Assembly: GCA_018698075.1 (NCBI GenBank)
Contig: JABINT010000024.1
Location: 1,929-65,928 of the forward strand
Origin: Acidiferrobacteraceae bacterium
Lineage (GTDB): Bacteria > Pseudomonadota > Gammaproteobacteria > Arenicellales > UBA868
Length of the DNA: 64,000 nt
Reading direction: 5' to 3'
The number at the start of each line of letters is the position of its first letter. Positions within the stretch are counted from its first letter, which is position 1. Positions 48,597 to 59,530 of this stretch are shown here, piece after piece. The notes beneath the pieces are model-generated. The model searched no databases, was not told the origin of the DNA, and was given only the letters and a program-made list of their open reading frames with translations. A program made the translations under genes and the position numbers.

Positions 48597-48696
48597 CGCT
48601 TACTCCTCACTGTGACTGATTTGTGGCAGCAAAGGAGAATCTGGGACAGCATCCGAGCTAGTACATCGCTAGTTCATTGAAAACAAACACAGGAAA

Positions 48697-48771
48697 TGGT
48701 GGGCGCGGCAAGGTTCGAACTTGCGACCCCTGCCGTGTGAAGGCAGTGCTCTCCCACTGAGCTACGCGCCC
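48697..48771 (-). tRNA. tRNA-Val (anticodon CAC)
   Basis: GGGCGCGTAGCTCAGTGGGAGAGCA-CTGCC-TTCACAC-GGCAG...GTTCGAAC...CGCGCCCACCA, 75 nt. Confidence 0.95.
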
Positions 48772-48859
48772 CGAAAGGGGGGCACACTGGCTATGCCAGC
48801 GTGCGTTAGCATCTTATTATAATTAGAATCTCGCCGTTCACGCTACGGAACACTCACTG

Positions 48860-50281
48860 ATGTCTTTAATTCGTACTCGTTTCGCTCCAAGCCCTACCGG
48901 TTACCTGCACATCGGCGGGGTTCGTACGGCTCTTTTCAGCTGGCTTTATGCACGCCATCATGGCGGGCAGTTCATCTTGCGGGTGGAAGATACCGACCGT
49001 GAGCGCTCCAGCCAGGCTTCGGTTGATGCCATTCTCGAGGGTCTGAGCTGGGTCGGGCTCAACTATGATGATGGGCCGATCTTTCAGTCGGATCGGGTGG
49101 ATCGCTACCGCGAAGTGCTCGACAGATTTCTGGAGCAGGGGTTGGCCTATCACTGTTACTGCACCCCCGAAGAGCTCGATGCCGTGCGAGAAGAGCAACG
49201 GGCGCAGAATATTAAACCGCGCTACAACCGTAAATGCCGCGATGAAATCGACCCGACCCGGCCTGGGATCGAGCCCGTCATCCGCTTTCGGAATCCCCTG
49301 GAAGGTCCGGTGGTATTTGAGGATCTGGTGCGCGGGCGTATCAGTATCAGTAATGAAGAACTGGATGATCTGGTAATAGCCCGCGGTGACGGTACGCCTA
49401 CCTACAACTTTGCCGTAGTGGTTGATGATATCGATATGGGTATTACCCATGTTATTCGCGGCGATGATCACGTCAATAACACCCCGCGCCAGGTCAATAT
49501 CTTCAACGCCTTGGATGCACCGCTGCCTGTTTTTGCCCATGTGCCCATGATTGTCGGCCCCGATGGGCAGCGCTTATCCAAGCGCCATGGTGCAGTAAGT
49601 GTTCTGCAATACCGTGATCAGGGTTTTTTGCCCGAGGCTATGCGTAATTATCTGGTGCGCCTGGGCTGGTCCCATGGGGATCAGGAGATTTTCTCACTTC
49701 AGGAGATGGTTGAGTTTTTTGATCTTGCCCAGGTCAATCGGGCAGCCTCTGCGTTCGACGCGGACAAGCTCAAGTGGCTTAACCAGCACTATATCAAGGA
49801 GGCCGATGGCGAGCGATTAACGCTTCTTTTGAGCCAGCGGTTACAACAAAGGGGCATCAGCCTTGAGGGCGGGCCGCAGCCTTTGGCAGTAGTTGAGGCT
49901 TTACGAGAGCGGGTGCAGACGCTGGATGAGCTTGCCGACAAGAGTCTTTATTTTTACCAGGATATCGGCGATTACGACGAGGGTGCGGCCAAAAAGCATC
50001 TGCGTCCTGTAGCCGGGCCATTGCTTAAAGATATACGGGAGCGGCTCTCAAACATCGAAGTCTGGACAGCAGGCACTATTCATACGCAACTACAGGCCTG
50101 CATTGAGGCGCACGATTCAAAACTCGGTAAGATTGCCCAGCCGCTCAGGGTAGCGGTCTCAGGTACGGCAGCGACGCCTCCGATCGATGAGACCCTGGCA
50201 CTGGTAGGCCAGGACAAAACCCTGCAACGTATCAGCGTTGCGCTGGAATTTATTGCCGCGCGAGAAGCGCGCGGTGCTTGA
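48860..50281 (+). CDS. gltX: Glutamate--tRNA ligase
   Basis: RFAPSPTGYLHIGG, LSKRHG. Confidence 0.97.
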   Translation: MSLIRTRFAPSPTGYLHIGGVRTALFSWLYARHHGGQFILRVEDTDRERSSQASVDAILEGLSWVGLNYDDGPIFQSDRVDRYREVLDRFLEQGLAYHCYCTPEELDAVREEQRAQNIKPRYNRKCRDEIDPTRPGIEPVIRFRNPLEGPVVFEDLVRGRISISNEELDDLVIARGDGTPTYNFAVVVDDIDMGITHVIRGDDHVNNTPRQVNIFNALDAPLPVFAHVPMIVGPDGQRLSKRHGAVSVLQYRDQGFLPEAMRNYLVRLGWSHGDQEIFSLQEMVEFFDLAQVNRAASAFDADKLKWLNQHYIKEADGERLTLLLSQRLQQRGISLEGGPQPLAVVEALRERVQTLDELADKSLYFYQDIGDYDEGAAKKHLRPVAGPLLKDIRERLSNIEVWTAGTIHTQLQACIEAHDSKLGKIAQPLRVAVSGTAATPPIDETLALVGQDKTLQRISVALEFIAAREARGA

Positions 50282-50306
50282 CCGAAACGGACACAACAAC
50301 GAGAAT
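50278..50306 (+). promoter_or_regulatory. Sigma70-like promoter for tRNA-Ala/tRNA-Glu
   Basis: TTGACC-17 nt-GAGAAT overlapping the gltX stop codon. Confidence 0.5.
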
Positions 50307-50320
50307 ACTGCGCTCTTCTC

Positions 50321-50396
<76 letters not shown>

Positions 50397-50401
50397 AAGT
50401 T

Positions 50402-50478
50402 GTCCCCATCGTCTAGTTGGCCTAGGACACCGCCCTTTCACGGCGGCAACAGGGGTTCGAATCCCCTTGGGGACGCCA
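50402..50478 (+). tRNA. tRNA-Glu (anticodon TTC)
   Basis: GTCCCCATCGTCTAG...CCGCC-CTTTCAC-GGCGG...GGGGACGCCA. Confidence 0.95.
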
Positions 50479-50751
50479 ATAGATTAAGGTTCTACCCTGC
50501 GCCGGGTTGCTGCTTTTTAGTAATCTGGAGCCCGGCGTGTTGATGCAATGCAGGCAGGATTACATCAGTACGGGTCGAGTCCCCCGATCGTTTTCCACTA
50601 TTCTCGCTTCCTTACATCAGTTGGCCGACAGTATCGTCGAGGACCGTTTGGCCGCGCCTGTGCCGATATACGCCCGAGTCAGTACGCGCTCTGGGCGCTA
50701 ACTTCGTTTTCACTTGCTGACAGCGCTTAGTAGTTTTACTGGCCAACATGC

Positions 50752-51546
50752 CTACCAGGAAAGATCGTCGAGCCAGGCGTTAACTTCCTCGATCAGCAGA
50801 TCGCTCGTGCCGGTAAAGTAATGGTCTGCCCCCGGTGCAACGATTTGGCGTGATGCCGGGTTACCCGCTTGTTTGATTAACTGCAGTCGCTCTGGTGCCA
50901 TGCGGTGAACGGCCGGGTAGTCATATTCACCATACAGATCCAGTATCGGTACTGTGAGCGATGCAAAAGGGAAGGGCCGCTGCATCGGTTGCTGGTAGTC
51001 GGTGGCGCCAATACCAATTCCGATGAAGGCGTTGATCCCTTCATCGGCATGCTCTTCCATCCAGGCCATGGCCATGTGTGCGCTGCAACTGTGCGCCAGT
51101 AGAATCACCGGGGAGACCTCCTGGCTGGAAAGATAGGCCAGTGCCGCGTTTATTCGCGGAACACCCTCTTCAAGTATGGGAAGATAATCGAAGTATTTGG
51201 CTGCCTTTTCCAGTACCGGCATCTGCAGTGACAGCGTATGCCAACCCGCTTCCGAAAGCCCGACCCTGAGCGGGCCGATGTTCTCGGGCCAGTCGGCATG
51301 AAAACCACGCCCGTGCAGCAAAATAACCGCGCCGCGGGTGCTGTCAGTCTCCGAGGCCATCTCCACAGCTGCAAAGTCTGCCCCCTGGGCATTCAGCATG
51401 ATCAGCTCGCCCGAGAAAAGATTCGCCTCGACTTCATCAATGAGGCGTTGCTCACGTTCAAGGTCACTGGCGACGGCGGAGGCACAGAACCAGAAAACCA
51501 GTCCCAGGGCTATCGTGATGTAATTAAAGAGTTTGAACTGCGCCAT
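50752..51546 (-). CDS. Exported alpha/beta hydrolase-fold protein (DUF3530-like)
   Basis: N-terminal signal peptide, ILLHGRG, TLSLQMP, LAHSCS, GADHYF. Confidence 0.75.
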   Translation of the reverse strand: MAQFKLFNYITIALGLVFWFCASAVASDLEREQRLIDEVEANLFSGELIMLNAQGADFAAVEMASETDSTRGAVILLHGRGFHADWPENIGPLRVGLSEAGWHTLSLQMPVLEKAAKYFDYLPILEEGVPRINAALAYLSSQEVSPVILLAHSCSAHMAMAWMEEHADEGINAFIGIGIGATDYQQPMQRPFPFASLTVPILDLYGEYDYPAVHRMAPERLQLIKQAGNPASRQIVAPGADHYFTGTSDLLIEEVNAWLDDLSW

Positions 51547-51750
51547 GCTGCTATTCTCTGGTTATCGGTCTGCATTCGACCGGGAGCGTAATAATACTAA
51601 ATCCAGCGGTTTGTTAAAAAAACGCCTGCCTCGCGGACTCACGCTGTGAGCCACCGGTTTGTGAGAATACTCCCTTGCCCCGGCGCTTGGATGGGTCGCT
51701 GGGCATTTAATGATGAAAGATAGGTTAAAGCAACGCGGAGACTCTGAAAC

Positions 51751-52251
51751 GTGACTAAAACTGATGATCTTGTTGAGCTTGCTACGCAAGTTGGGCAGAT
51801 CATACTTGAGTGTGGCTGGCGGCTTGCGACCGTCGAATCGTGTACCGGCGGGTGGGTAGCCAAGACGATCACTTCGGTACCGGGTAGCTCGCTTTGGTTT
51901 GAATGCGCTCTGGTCACGTACAGTAATGAGTCCAAGAATGCCTTGGCTGGGGTACCAATGGAGCTCATCGATACCCACGGTGCAGTCAGCGCTCAGGTGG
52001 CGGAGGCTATGGTGGGTGGGGTTATCGCCCGAAGTAATGCGAGTGCGGGCCTTGCGATTACTGGGGTCGCCGGGCCAGATGGCGGCAGCGTGCAAAAGCC
52101 TGTAGGCACGGTTTTTATAGCCTGGCAAGCGCCCGAACACGGTGTACGCTCGGAGCGCTTTCAATTTCATGGTGATCGGGATGCTATCCGCCGCCAGTCG
52201 GTAGCAGCGGCACTGGCCGAGCTCATCAGTCTCGCGGCCCACCCAGTCTGA
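51751..52251 (+). CDS. pncC: CinA C-terminal / nicotinamide-nucleotide amidohydrolase
   Basis: VESCTGG, VTYSNESK, GAVS, ITGVAGPDGG, KPVGTV; upstream of recA. Confidence 0.9.
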   Translation: MTKTDDLVELATQVGQIILECGWRLATVESCTGGWVAKTITSVPGSSLWFECALVTYSNESKNALAGVPMELIDTHGAVSAQVAEAMVGGVIARSNASAGLAITGVAGPDGGSVQKPVGTVFIAWQAPEHGVRSERFQFHGDRDAIRRQSVAAALAELISLAAHPV

Positions 52252-52451
52252 GAGTCAGTTGTGATGTAGTTCGCTGTGTTCGTCACGTGGTTTATGAAAT
52301 AATGCCTGCTAGCCTGAAATTACCGATTTTTGCCTATCCTGGGATCAACTGAGCCGGGGTAGCAAGGCCGATAATTGCCTGACCCGGTGCTGGCATTAAA
52401 AGGTCACAGCAGTGTGCTGGATAAATAGTCAAATGTGCAATGGAGCTTTAC

Positions 52452-53510
52452 ATGGATAACAACAAGCAAAAAGCCTTAGATGCTGCCCTCGGGCAGATTG
52501 AGCGGCAGTTCGGCAAAGGATCTGTCATGCGGCTCGGCGATGCCGAAGTGGGCAAGGGCATCGAAAGCATTTCAACCGGTTCGCTGGGCTTAGATATCGC
52601 ACTCGGTATCGGCGGCTTGCCTCGCGGACGGGTGGTCGAGATTTATGGGCCGGAATCATCGGGTAAAACCACATTGACGTTATCTGTGATTGCTCAGGCA
52701 CAAAAAGTCGGTGGCACCTGTGCATTTATCGATGCTGAGCACGCGCTTGATCCTTCTTATGCTCAGCGCCTCGGCGTCAACGTCGAGGATCTGTTGGTGT
52801 CTCAACCCGACACCGGCGAACAGGCACTAGAGATCGCCGACATGCTGGTGCGATCGGCAGCCATCGATGTGATCGTGGTCGATTCGGTCGCCGCACTCAC
52901 CCCTAAAGCGGAGATCGAAGGGGAGATGGGTGACCACCATGTAGGTCTTCAGGCCCGACTCATGTCCCAGGCCTTGCGTAAGTTGACCGCAAATATTAAG
53001 CGCTCCAATACTATGGTGGTCTTCATCAACCAGATTCGCATGAAGATTGGCGTTATGTTTGGCAATCCCGAGACCACCACGGGCGGCAATGCCTTGAAGT
53101 TCTACTCCTCGGTACGATTGGATATCCGCAGGATCGGTGCGGTAAAAAAGGGAGAAGAGGTCTTGGGTAATCAGACCCGCGTTAAAGTGGTCAAAAACAA
53201 GGTCGCACCGCCATTTCGAAAGGCTGAGTTTGATATTCTTTATAACGAGGGGATTTCCAAGGAGGGCGAACTCATCGATATGGGTGTGGAGCATCAGATC
53301 GTTGACAAGTCCGGCGCCTGGTATTCCTACAACGGTGAGCGTATCGGTCAAGGTCGGGATAATGTCCGAGAGTTTTTGCGCTCCAACCCTGATATCGCGT
53401 CGGATATCGAAAATGTCGTGCGCCAGAAAATGGGCCTGGATTCCCTTGGCTCCAGCGATGTCAGTGCGCCGGAGAGCGCGCCGGCGGAGGTGCAAAGCGC
53501 CGAGGCCTGA
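52452..53510 (+). CDS. recA: Recombinase RecA
   Basis: [45 protein letters not shown]; GGAG RBS before MDNNKQK. Confidence 0.99.
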   Translation: MDNNKQKALDAALGQIERQFGKGSVMRLGDAEVGKGIESISTGSLGLDIALGIGGLPRGRVVEIYGPESSGKTTLTLSVIAQAQKVGGTCAFIDAEHALDPSYAQRLGVNVEDLLVSQPDTGEQALEIADMLVRSAAIDVIVVDSVAALTPKAEIEGEMGDHHVGLQARLMSQALRKLTANIKRSNTMVVFINQIRMKIGVMFGNPETTTGGNALKFYSSVRLDIRRIGAVKKGEEVLGNQTRVKVVKNKVAPPFRKAEFDILYNEGISKEGELIDMGVEHQIVDKSGAWYSYNGERIGQGRDNVREFLRSNPDIASDIENVVRQKMGLDSLGSSDVSAPESAPAEVQSAEA

Positions 53511-53980
53511 TGACCTCGTCTGATGCGGACCTGCTGGTGCAGGTTCGTGAAGTCGCTATGCGCTTGCTGGCAAGGCGGGAGCACAGCCGCGAAGAACTCC
53601 GGCTTAAGCTCGTCCAGCGCGGTTTCGAGATTTCAAGTATTGATCCGGTTCTTGTTGAACTGATCGAACAGGATTACCTGTCTGATGCCCGCTACGCCCA
53701 GGCACTGGTGTCGCATCGGTCGCAGGGTGGCTACGGACCCTTGTACATTCGCCGCGAACTCAAAGAGCGTGGGGTAACAGCCGATTTGATTGAATCGGCC
53801 TTTGCCCAGGCAGACGTATCATGGGATGATGTGGCCAAGGGCCGCTACCAGAGTCGCTTCTCCAGTCAGCCTGTTGACTCTTTTAAAGACTGGGCACGTC
53901 GCGCCGCTTATATGCAGCGACGAGGGTTCGGCAAGAGTGCGATACGCCGGGTACTCGGCGATTGGCAGGGTCGCGGTTAG
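53510..53980 (+). CDS. recX: Regulatory protein RecX
   Basis: LLARREHS, LSDARYA, GPLYIRRELKERG, RRGF; overlaps recA stop. Confidence 0.92.
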   Translation: MTSSDADLLVQVREVAMRLLARREHSREELRLKLVQRGFEISSIDPVLVELIEQDYLSDARYAQALVSHRSQGGYGPLYIRRELKERGVTADLIESAFAQADVSWDDVAKGRYQSRFSSQPVDSFKDWARRAAYMQRRGFGKSAIRRVLGDWQGRG

Positions 53981-54043
53981 AATTGACTTCGCGCTGGTGT
54001 GTATACAGGCCGGCAGTTGCGCATTATTGATCAGATCATTGTC

Positions 54044-56641
54044 ATGAAAACTCGCGATATCAGACAGCAATTTCTCGATTACTTCGCCGCTAACGGCCAC
54101 GAGGTGGTTGCCAGCAGCCCACTGGTACCGCACAACGATCCCACGCTGCTTTTTACAAATGCGGGAATGGTCCAGTTCAAGGATGTGTTTCTCGGCCAGG
54201 ACAAGCGCCCCTACCAAAGAGCCGTGACCGCGCAACGCTGCGTGCGCGCCGGTGGCAAACACAATGATCTGGATAACGTGGGGTACACCGCCCGACATCA
54301 CACCTTCTTTGAGATGCTTGGAAATTTCAGTTTTGGTGATTATTTTAAGCCCGAAGCAATTCAACACGCCTGGACACTGCTCACCGACGGCTTCGGATTG
54401 TCACCAGAAAAGCTTTGGGTGACCGTTTTCGACGAGGACGACGAGGCTGCGGATATCTGGCTGGGAGATATCGGTATTCCTCGTGAGCGCTTTGCCCGCA
54501 TTGGTGCCAGCGATAATTTCTGGTCGATGGGTGACACCGGTCCGTGCGGGCCTTGCAGTGAGATTTTCTATGATCACGGGCCCGAAGTGGCGGGCGGACC
54601 CCCGGGAACCCCCGAGGCCGACGGCGATCGCTACGTAGAGATCTGGAACCTGGTATTTATGCAGTTCAACCGGGATGCGAGCGGCATTGACACCCCCTTG
54701 CCGCGGCCTTCGGTAGATACCGGCATGGGATTGGAGCGCTTGGCCGCGGTTCTGCAAGGGGTCCACAGCAACTATGAGACAGATCTTTTTGTCGCTTTGA
54801 TTAAGGCATCTGCCGAGGTAACTGGCTGTACTGACATAGATAACAGCTCATTGCGGGTGATCGCTGATCACATCCGCTCCAGTGCGTTTCTGATTACCGA
54901 TGGCGTGATTCCATCAAACGAAGGTCGCGGCTACGTATTGCGCAGAATTATTCGGCGCGCTATTCGTCATGGTTATCAGGCTGGGGCATCGGCGCCTTTT
55001 ATGCACAAATTAGTGGCACCGTTGGTAGAGCAAATGGGCGACGCCTGCCCCGAACTGGCAGATGCACAGGGTCGTGTTGAGGAGGCTTTGGCGCAAGAGG
55101 GAGAGCGCTTTGCTCAGACTCTGGGCCAGGGTATGCGTATTCTCGAGCACGAACTTGCGGATCTGCCCGGCACCATAATACCTGGGGAGCTAACTTTTCG
55201 GCTGTACGATACTTTCGGTTTTCCCGCAGACCTGACTGCGGATTACGCTCGCGAGCGTGGGCTTACGGTCGATATGGACGGGTTTGAACAGGCTATGGCC
55301 GCTCAGCGCGAGCGCGCGCGGGCTGCCAGTCATTTTCGCATGGACGGTGCAGTCAGCGTCAGTGTTGAAGAGCGCACAATTTTTACCGGCTACGATGAAT
55401 TAAATGGAGAGGCAACCGTATTGTCGGTTGTAAAAGACGATACAGAAACCGATATTCTGGCCGAGGGTTCTGAAGGCTTAGTAGTGCTCGAGAGTACACC
55501 TTTTTATGCCGAAAGCGGTGGTCAGGTTGGCGATGGTGGCGTGTTGACGTGGCCGGGCGGCAGTTTTGAAGTCACTGGCGCACGTTATCTCGCCCACAAG
55601 GTCATTGCACATGCCGGACGGGTAGTCAGTGGCGCTCTTAAACCCGGGATCAAAGTCAGTGCTGCGGTGGCGCAACGGGGTCGGGTAGAGACGGCTGCTA
55701 ACCATTCAGCCACCCACTTACTGCATGCCGCTCTGCGCCAGGTGCTTGGTGAGCATGTTGAGCAAAAGGGTTCACTGGTTGAACCGGAGCGTTTGCGATT
55801 TGATTTTTCTCATGGCGAGCCGATGTCGGACACTCAACTGGATAAGGTCGAGCGTATCGTGAATGCGCAGGTTCGCGCCAATAACGACGTTAACACCCGG
55901 CTGATGGCTTTGGATGATGCGCGAGAAGAGGGCGCTGCTGCACTTTTTGGAGAGCGTTACGAGGAGCAGGTTCGGGTGGTGGCTATGGGAGTTTTCTCGC
56001 TGGAACTGTGTGGCGGCACCCATGTTCAGCGCACCGGAGATATTGGAACCTTCCGAATACTGTCTGAGAGTGGCATCGCGGCCGGGGTACGTCGCCTGGA
56101 GGCGCTGACCGGAGAAGTGGCACGACAGTACAACACGGGCGAGACCGCAACGTTGTCGCGATTGGCGGCCTTGCTCAAGACTGGCCGGGCGGATCTTGAA
56201 GAGCGAGCCGTTGGGGTTTCCTCACGGGTGCGTGAGCTCGAACGAAAGGTCGAGCAGTTGCAGGGGCAACTTGCCACCGGCGGCGCCGGCGATGACCCGA
56301 CCAGCGAAGTACGCCAGGTCAATGGCATCAATGTATTGGTAAAACGTTACGATGGTGTCGATATCAAGGGGTTGCGCACCATGATGGATCGACTGCGTGA
56401 TCGGCTCGGCTCAGCCGTTGTAGTTGTCGGCGGGGCCCATGACGACAAGGCGATACTTATGGTGGGAGTCAGCAAAGACCTGACAGACCGCTGTCACGCC
56501 GGCGATCTGGTCGCTGAACTGGCCTCGCGGGTGGGTGGCAAGGGCGGAGGCCGCCCTGATTCTGCCCAGGGTGGCGGCGCTGATGTCTCGGGCCTAGATG
56601 AGGCTCTTGCGGCGGTATCGTCGTGGATTGCCTCGCGCTGA
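54044..56641 (+). CDS. alaS: Alanine--tRNA ligase
   Basis: [51 protein letters not shown]; start MKTRDIR. Confidence 0.98.
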   Translation: MKTRDIRQQFLDYFAANGHEVVASSPLVPHNDPTLLFTNAGMVQFKDVFLGQDKRPYQRAVTAQRCVRAGGKHNDLDNVGYTARHHTFFEMLGNFSFGDYFKPEAIQHAWTLLTDGFGLSPEKLWVTVFDEDDEAADIWLGDIGIPRERFARIGASDNFWSMGDTGPCGPCSEIFYDHGPEVAGGPPGTPEADGDRYVEIWNLVFMQFNRDASGIDTPLPRPSVDTGMGLERLAAVLQGVHSNYETDLFVALIKASAEVTGCTDIDNSSLRVIADHIRSSAFLITDGVIPSNEGRGYVLRRIIRRAIRHGYQAGASAPFMHKLVAPLVEQMGDACPELADAQGRVEEALAQEGERFAQTLGQGMRILEHELADLPGTIIPGELTFRLYDTFGFPADLTADYARERGLTVDMDGFEQAMAAQRERARAASHFRMDGAVSVSVEERTIFTGYDELNGEATVLSVVKDDTETDILAEGSEGLVVLESTPFYAESGGQVGDGGVLTWPGGSFEVTGARYLAHKVIAHAGRVVSGALKPGIKVSAAVAQRGRVETAANHSATHLLHAALRQVLGEHVEQKGSLVEPERLRFDFSHGEPMSDTQLDKVERIVNAQVRANNDVNTRLMALDDAREEGAAALFGERYEEQVRVVAMGVFSLELCGGTHVQRTGDIGTFRILSESGIAAGVRRLEALTGEVARQYNTGETATLSRLAALLKTGRADLEERAVGVSSRVRELERKVEQLQGQLATGGAGDDPTSEVRQVNGINVLVKRYDGVDIKGLRTMMDRLRDRLGSAVVVVGGAHDDKAILMVGVSKDLTDRCHAGDLVAELASRVGGKGGGRPDSAQGGGADVSGLDEALAAVSSWIASR

Positions 56642-56726
56642 GCACAATCCCCTTTCCCCCAAAGCCTTTACCGCGTCGCCCAAAAGGGGTTTAATGCGCG
56701 CCCCAATCGATAGTTAACGTAATGAT

Positions 56727-57980
56727 ATGTTTTTGGCGGTAGAAAAATACGGAGGCACTTCAGTCGGCTCGGTCGAGCGAATTAACGCTGTGGCTGACCG
56801 GGTGGCGACAGCCAGACAACGAGGCGAGAGCCTGGTGGTGGTCGTCTCGGCCATGGCGGGTGAAACTAACCGTCTGTTGGATCTGGCATCACAGATCGAT
56901 CCTGATGCGCTCTCTCGCGAGATGGATGTGCTGCTCTCCACCGGTGAGCAGGTCACCATCGCGCTATTGTCAATGGCATTGCATAAACGGGGCATTGAGG
57001 CACGCTCGTATACCGGTGGGCAGGTTCGTATCCTGACAGACAGTATTCATGGTAAGGCGCGCATTCGCGATATCGATGCGGCCAGAGTTCGTACCGACCT
57101 CGAACTAAATCGGGTGGTGGTCGTGGCCGGGTTCCAGGGTGTCGACGATGACGGCAATATTACTACCTTGGGGCGCGGTGGATCCGATACCACGGCGGTG
57201 GCGATGGCCGCTGCGCTCGAAGCCGACGAATGCCGCATCTTTACCGATGTGGACGGTGTCTACACCGCTGATCCGCGCATCGTACCGGAGGCAAGGCGTC
57301 TGGACCAAATCACTGTTGAAGAGATGCTGGAGCTGGCGAGCCAGGGAGCTAAGGTATTACAGACACGCTCGGTGGAATTCGCGGGAAAATATCATGTGCC
57401 GTTACGGGTGCTATCCTCATTTGAGGATGGCCCAGGCACTCTGATCACACACGAGGTAAGCGATATGGAACAGCCGTTAATCTCAGGAATCGCCTACAAC
57501 CGAGATGAGGCTAAGGTAACAATACGGGGTGTGCCGGACCAGCCAGGTGCTGCGTCACGTATTTTTGGTCCGATCTCAAAGGCGCACCTGAATATCGATA
57601 TGATCATCCAGAATGTCTCCCAGGATGGCACTACGGACGTTACCTTTACTGTAAACCGGGATGAATACCCCGAGGCAATGGCACTGCTCAATAAAACTGC
57701 CAAGGAACTGAATGCCCGTGACGTGGTTGGTGACGACACCCTGGCCAAGATTGCCATCGTTGGAGTCGGCATGCGCTCGCATTCTGGCGTGGCGGCGATG
57801 ATGTTTGAGGCCTTGGCGGCTGAGGGTATCAATATTGAACTTATTTCGACCTCGGAGATTAAGATTTCCGTGGGCGTAAACGATAAATACCTGGAACTTG
57901 CCGTTCGAGCTTTGCACAAGGCATTTGGCCTGGACGGCGAAGGCACCGAAGAGCAACTGGCCGAGGCTAAAGACATCTGA
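56727..57980 (+). CDS. lysC: Aspartate kinase
   Basis: KYGGTSV, TTLGRGGSDTTA, DVDGVYTADP, two ACT domains. Confidence 0.95.
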   Translation: MFLAVEKYGGTSVGSVERINAVADRVATARQRGESLVVVVSAMAGETNRLLDLASQIDPDALSREMDVLLSTGEQVTIALLSMALHKRGIEARSYTGGQVRILTDSIHGKARIRDIDAARVRTDLELNRVVVVAGFQGVDDDGNITTLGRGGSDTTAVAMAAALEADECRIFTDVDGVYTADPRIVPEARRLDQITVEEMLELASQGAKVLQTRSVEFAGKYHVPLRVLSSFEDGPGTLITHEVSDMEQPLISGIAYNRDEAKVTIRGVPDQPGAASRIFGPISKAHLNIDMIIQNVSQDGTTDVTFTVNRDEYPEAMALLNKTAKELNARDVVGDDTLAKIAIVGVGMRSHSGVAAMMFEALAAEGINIELISTSEIKISVGVNDKYLELAVRALHKAFGLDGEGTEEQLAEAKDI

Positions 57981-58109
57981 AGCATGGTCGAAAGCCCTTG
58001 AGCCGTGGTGTAAAATGACCGCAGGGTGCGCCTGGGCTTAACTGCAGGCCAAGGAAGTGAACGTGATCCTCTTCTGGAGGGTGATACCAGGCAACGGAGG
58101 GTAGCCAAG

Positions 58110-58313
58110 ATGCTGATTTTGACACGGCGGGTAGGCGAGACCCTGAACATCGGCGATGACATCCAGGTAACAGTCCTGGGCGTCCGGGGGAGCCAGGTAC
58201 AAATCGGGATAAAGGCACCCAAGGATGTGGCTGTACACCGCGAAGAGATCTTTGAGCGGATACAAGATGCCGACGAACAGGGCGCAGAGGTTCCGGACGA
58301 ACCCGGGCCCTGA
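58110..58313 (+). CDS. csrA: Carbon storage regulator CsrA
   Basis: [18 protein letters not shown]...[12 protein letters not shown]; GGAGG RBS. Confidence 0.97.
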   Translation: MLILTRRVGETLNIGDDIQVTVLGVRGSQVQIGIKAPKDVAVHREEIFERIQDADEQGAEVPDEPGP

Positions 58314-58327
58314 AGAAATGTGCTAAC

Positions 58328-58422
<95 letters not shown>

Positions 58423-58574
58423 TACATCTAACCATCGTCCGGGTTCCATTTTTACGTCTCGCGAAAGATTGGCGGCCCGGGTCGAGGTCTCGAGATTTGG
58501 GCCCGATTCCCTAGTACTCTGTCTGGACGGGCAACACCGTCGCCAGGCGACGGCGCAAAGCGCCGCTTTTCACA

Positions 58575-58583
58575 TGGTAGAAT
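58575..58583 (+). promoter_or_regulatory. Extended -10 promoter of tRNA-Arg(ACG)
   Basis: TG-G-TAGAAT followed by GC-rich discriminator, 18 nt before the tRNA. Confidence 0.45.
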
Positions 58584-58601
58584 CCGCAGCCTTCCTAATA
58601 G

Positions 58602-58678
58602 GCGCCCGTAGCTCAGTTGGATAGAGTGCGTGGCTACGAACCACGAGGTCGGGAGTTCGAATCTCTCCGGGCGCGCCA
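58602..58678 (+). tRNA. tRNA-Arg (anticodon ACG)
   Basis: GCGCCCGTAGCTCAGTTGGATAGAG...CGTGG-CTACGAA-CCACG...GGGCGCGCCA. Confidence 0.95.
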
Positions 58679-58969
58679 TAAAGCAACGGCTTACACGCCC
58701 TTAAAAAACAGAGTTGCCACAAGTCTGCCAATCTGGATAAGCAAAATACCACGTGGGTTAGCGGTGTGTAGATTCTGATTCTGTGGGAAGAGGTTGGCCG
58801 ATTAGCGCTGATCGAGCTTTGGGTAACTTTGTAACGGCCCAGGAGTGCGTCGTTTCGCTCCCTCGTGGCGCCGATAATAGAGTTGTCTTCTCACCAGTGG
58901 TTCCTTATGCTTGTTTACGACTCCAAAAACTGAGCAACAGCGTGCTGAATGTTTGGCATTGCCAAAAAC

Positions 58970-59530
58970 TCAACGAGTTTCTTCATCTAGTGTTACCCCA
59001 AGTCCCAGTACGACACGATTTGCGTAAGCGAAGTACCCGGCCACTTGGTTAACCTCCAATATCTCACCATCACTGGCTCCGGCCTGTCGTAAGCTTTCGA
59101 TCGATTCAATAGTCAGTGCGGCTGGGTCAACGGTCAATGTCCCTACATAGCCTAGAAGGGCCAATTCCTTACCGTCAAACGCATCCGCTAAGACCCCACC
59201 CGCCAGGGCATCTGCAATGGCCGACCACGCCTCCGGTTTTCCAGGATACGCCAGCCCACCCGCATGGGCATGGTGATCTATGCAATATGTGCACTGGTTA
59301 AGAACACTGACATAAAGACCCACCGCTTCCAAATACCACAGCGCCAGTACATTGCCAGTATGTCCGAGGAAGGCCCGATAGAGTGCCGCATGGCCTTCTA
59401 GAGTATGTGGGCGTAGCGAGTGGGCGCTGTATATATTGGCAATAGTGCCATTCGGACGCTGATATTTTTTGTACTAGGCCCTCAGGTGGCCAGCCGCGTT
59501 CCTCCTCGATACCGACTCAATCCAAGTCAT
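58970..59530 (-). pseudogene. AhpD/CMD-family peroxidase-related enzyme with in-frame stop
   Basis: MTWIESVSRRNAAGHLRA*YKKY...HSLRPHTLEGH...NQCTYCIDHH...YFAYANR; TAG at 59474..59476 (codon 19). Confidence 0.78.

Noticed and set aside
52417-52432. Possible LexA box CTGGATAAATAGTCAA upstream of recA
   Set aside because: Right half-site does not match ACAG; too degenerate to call.
53993-54007. CTGGTGTGTATACAG before alaS
   Set aside because: CTG-N9-CAG spacing rather than N10; lies in a probable promoter.
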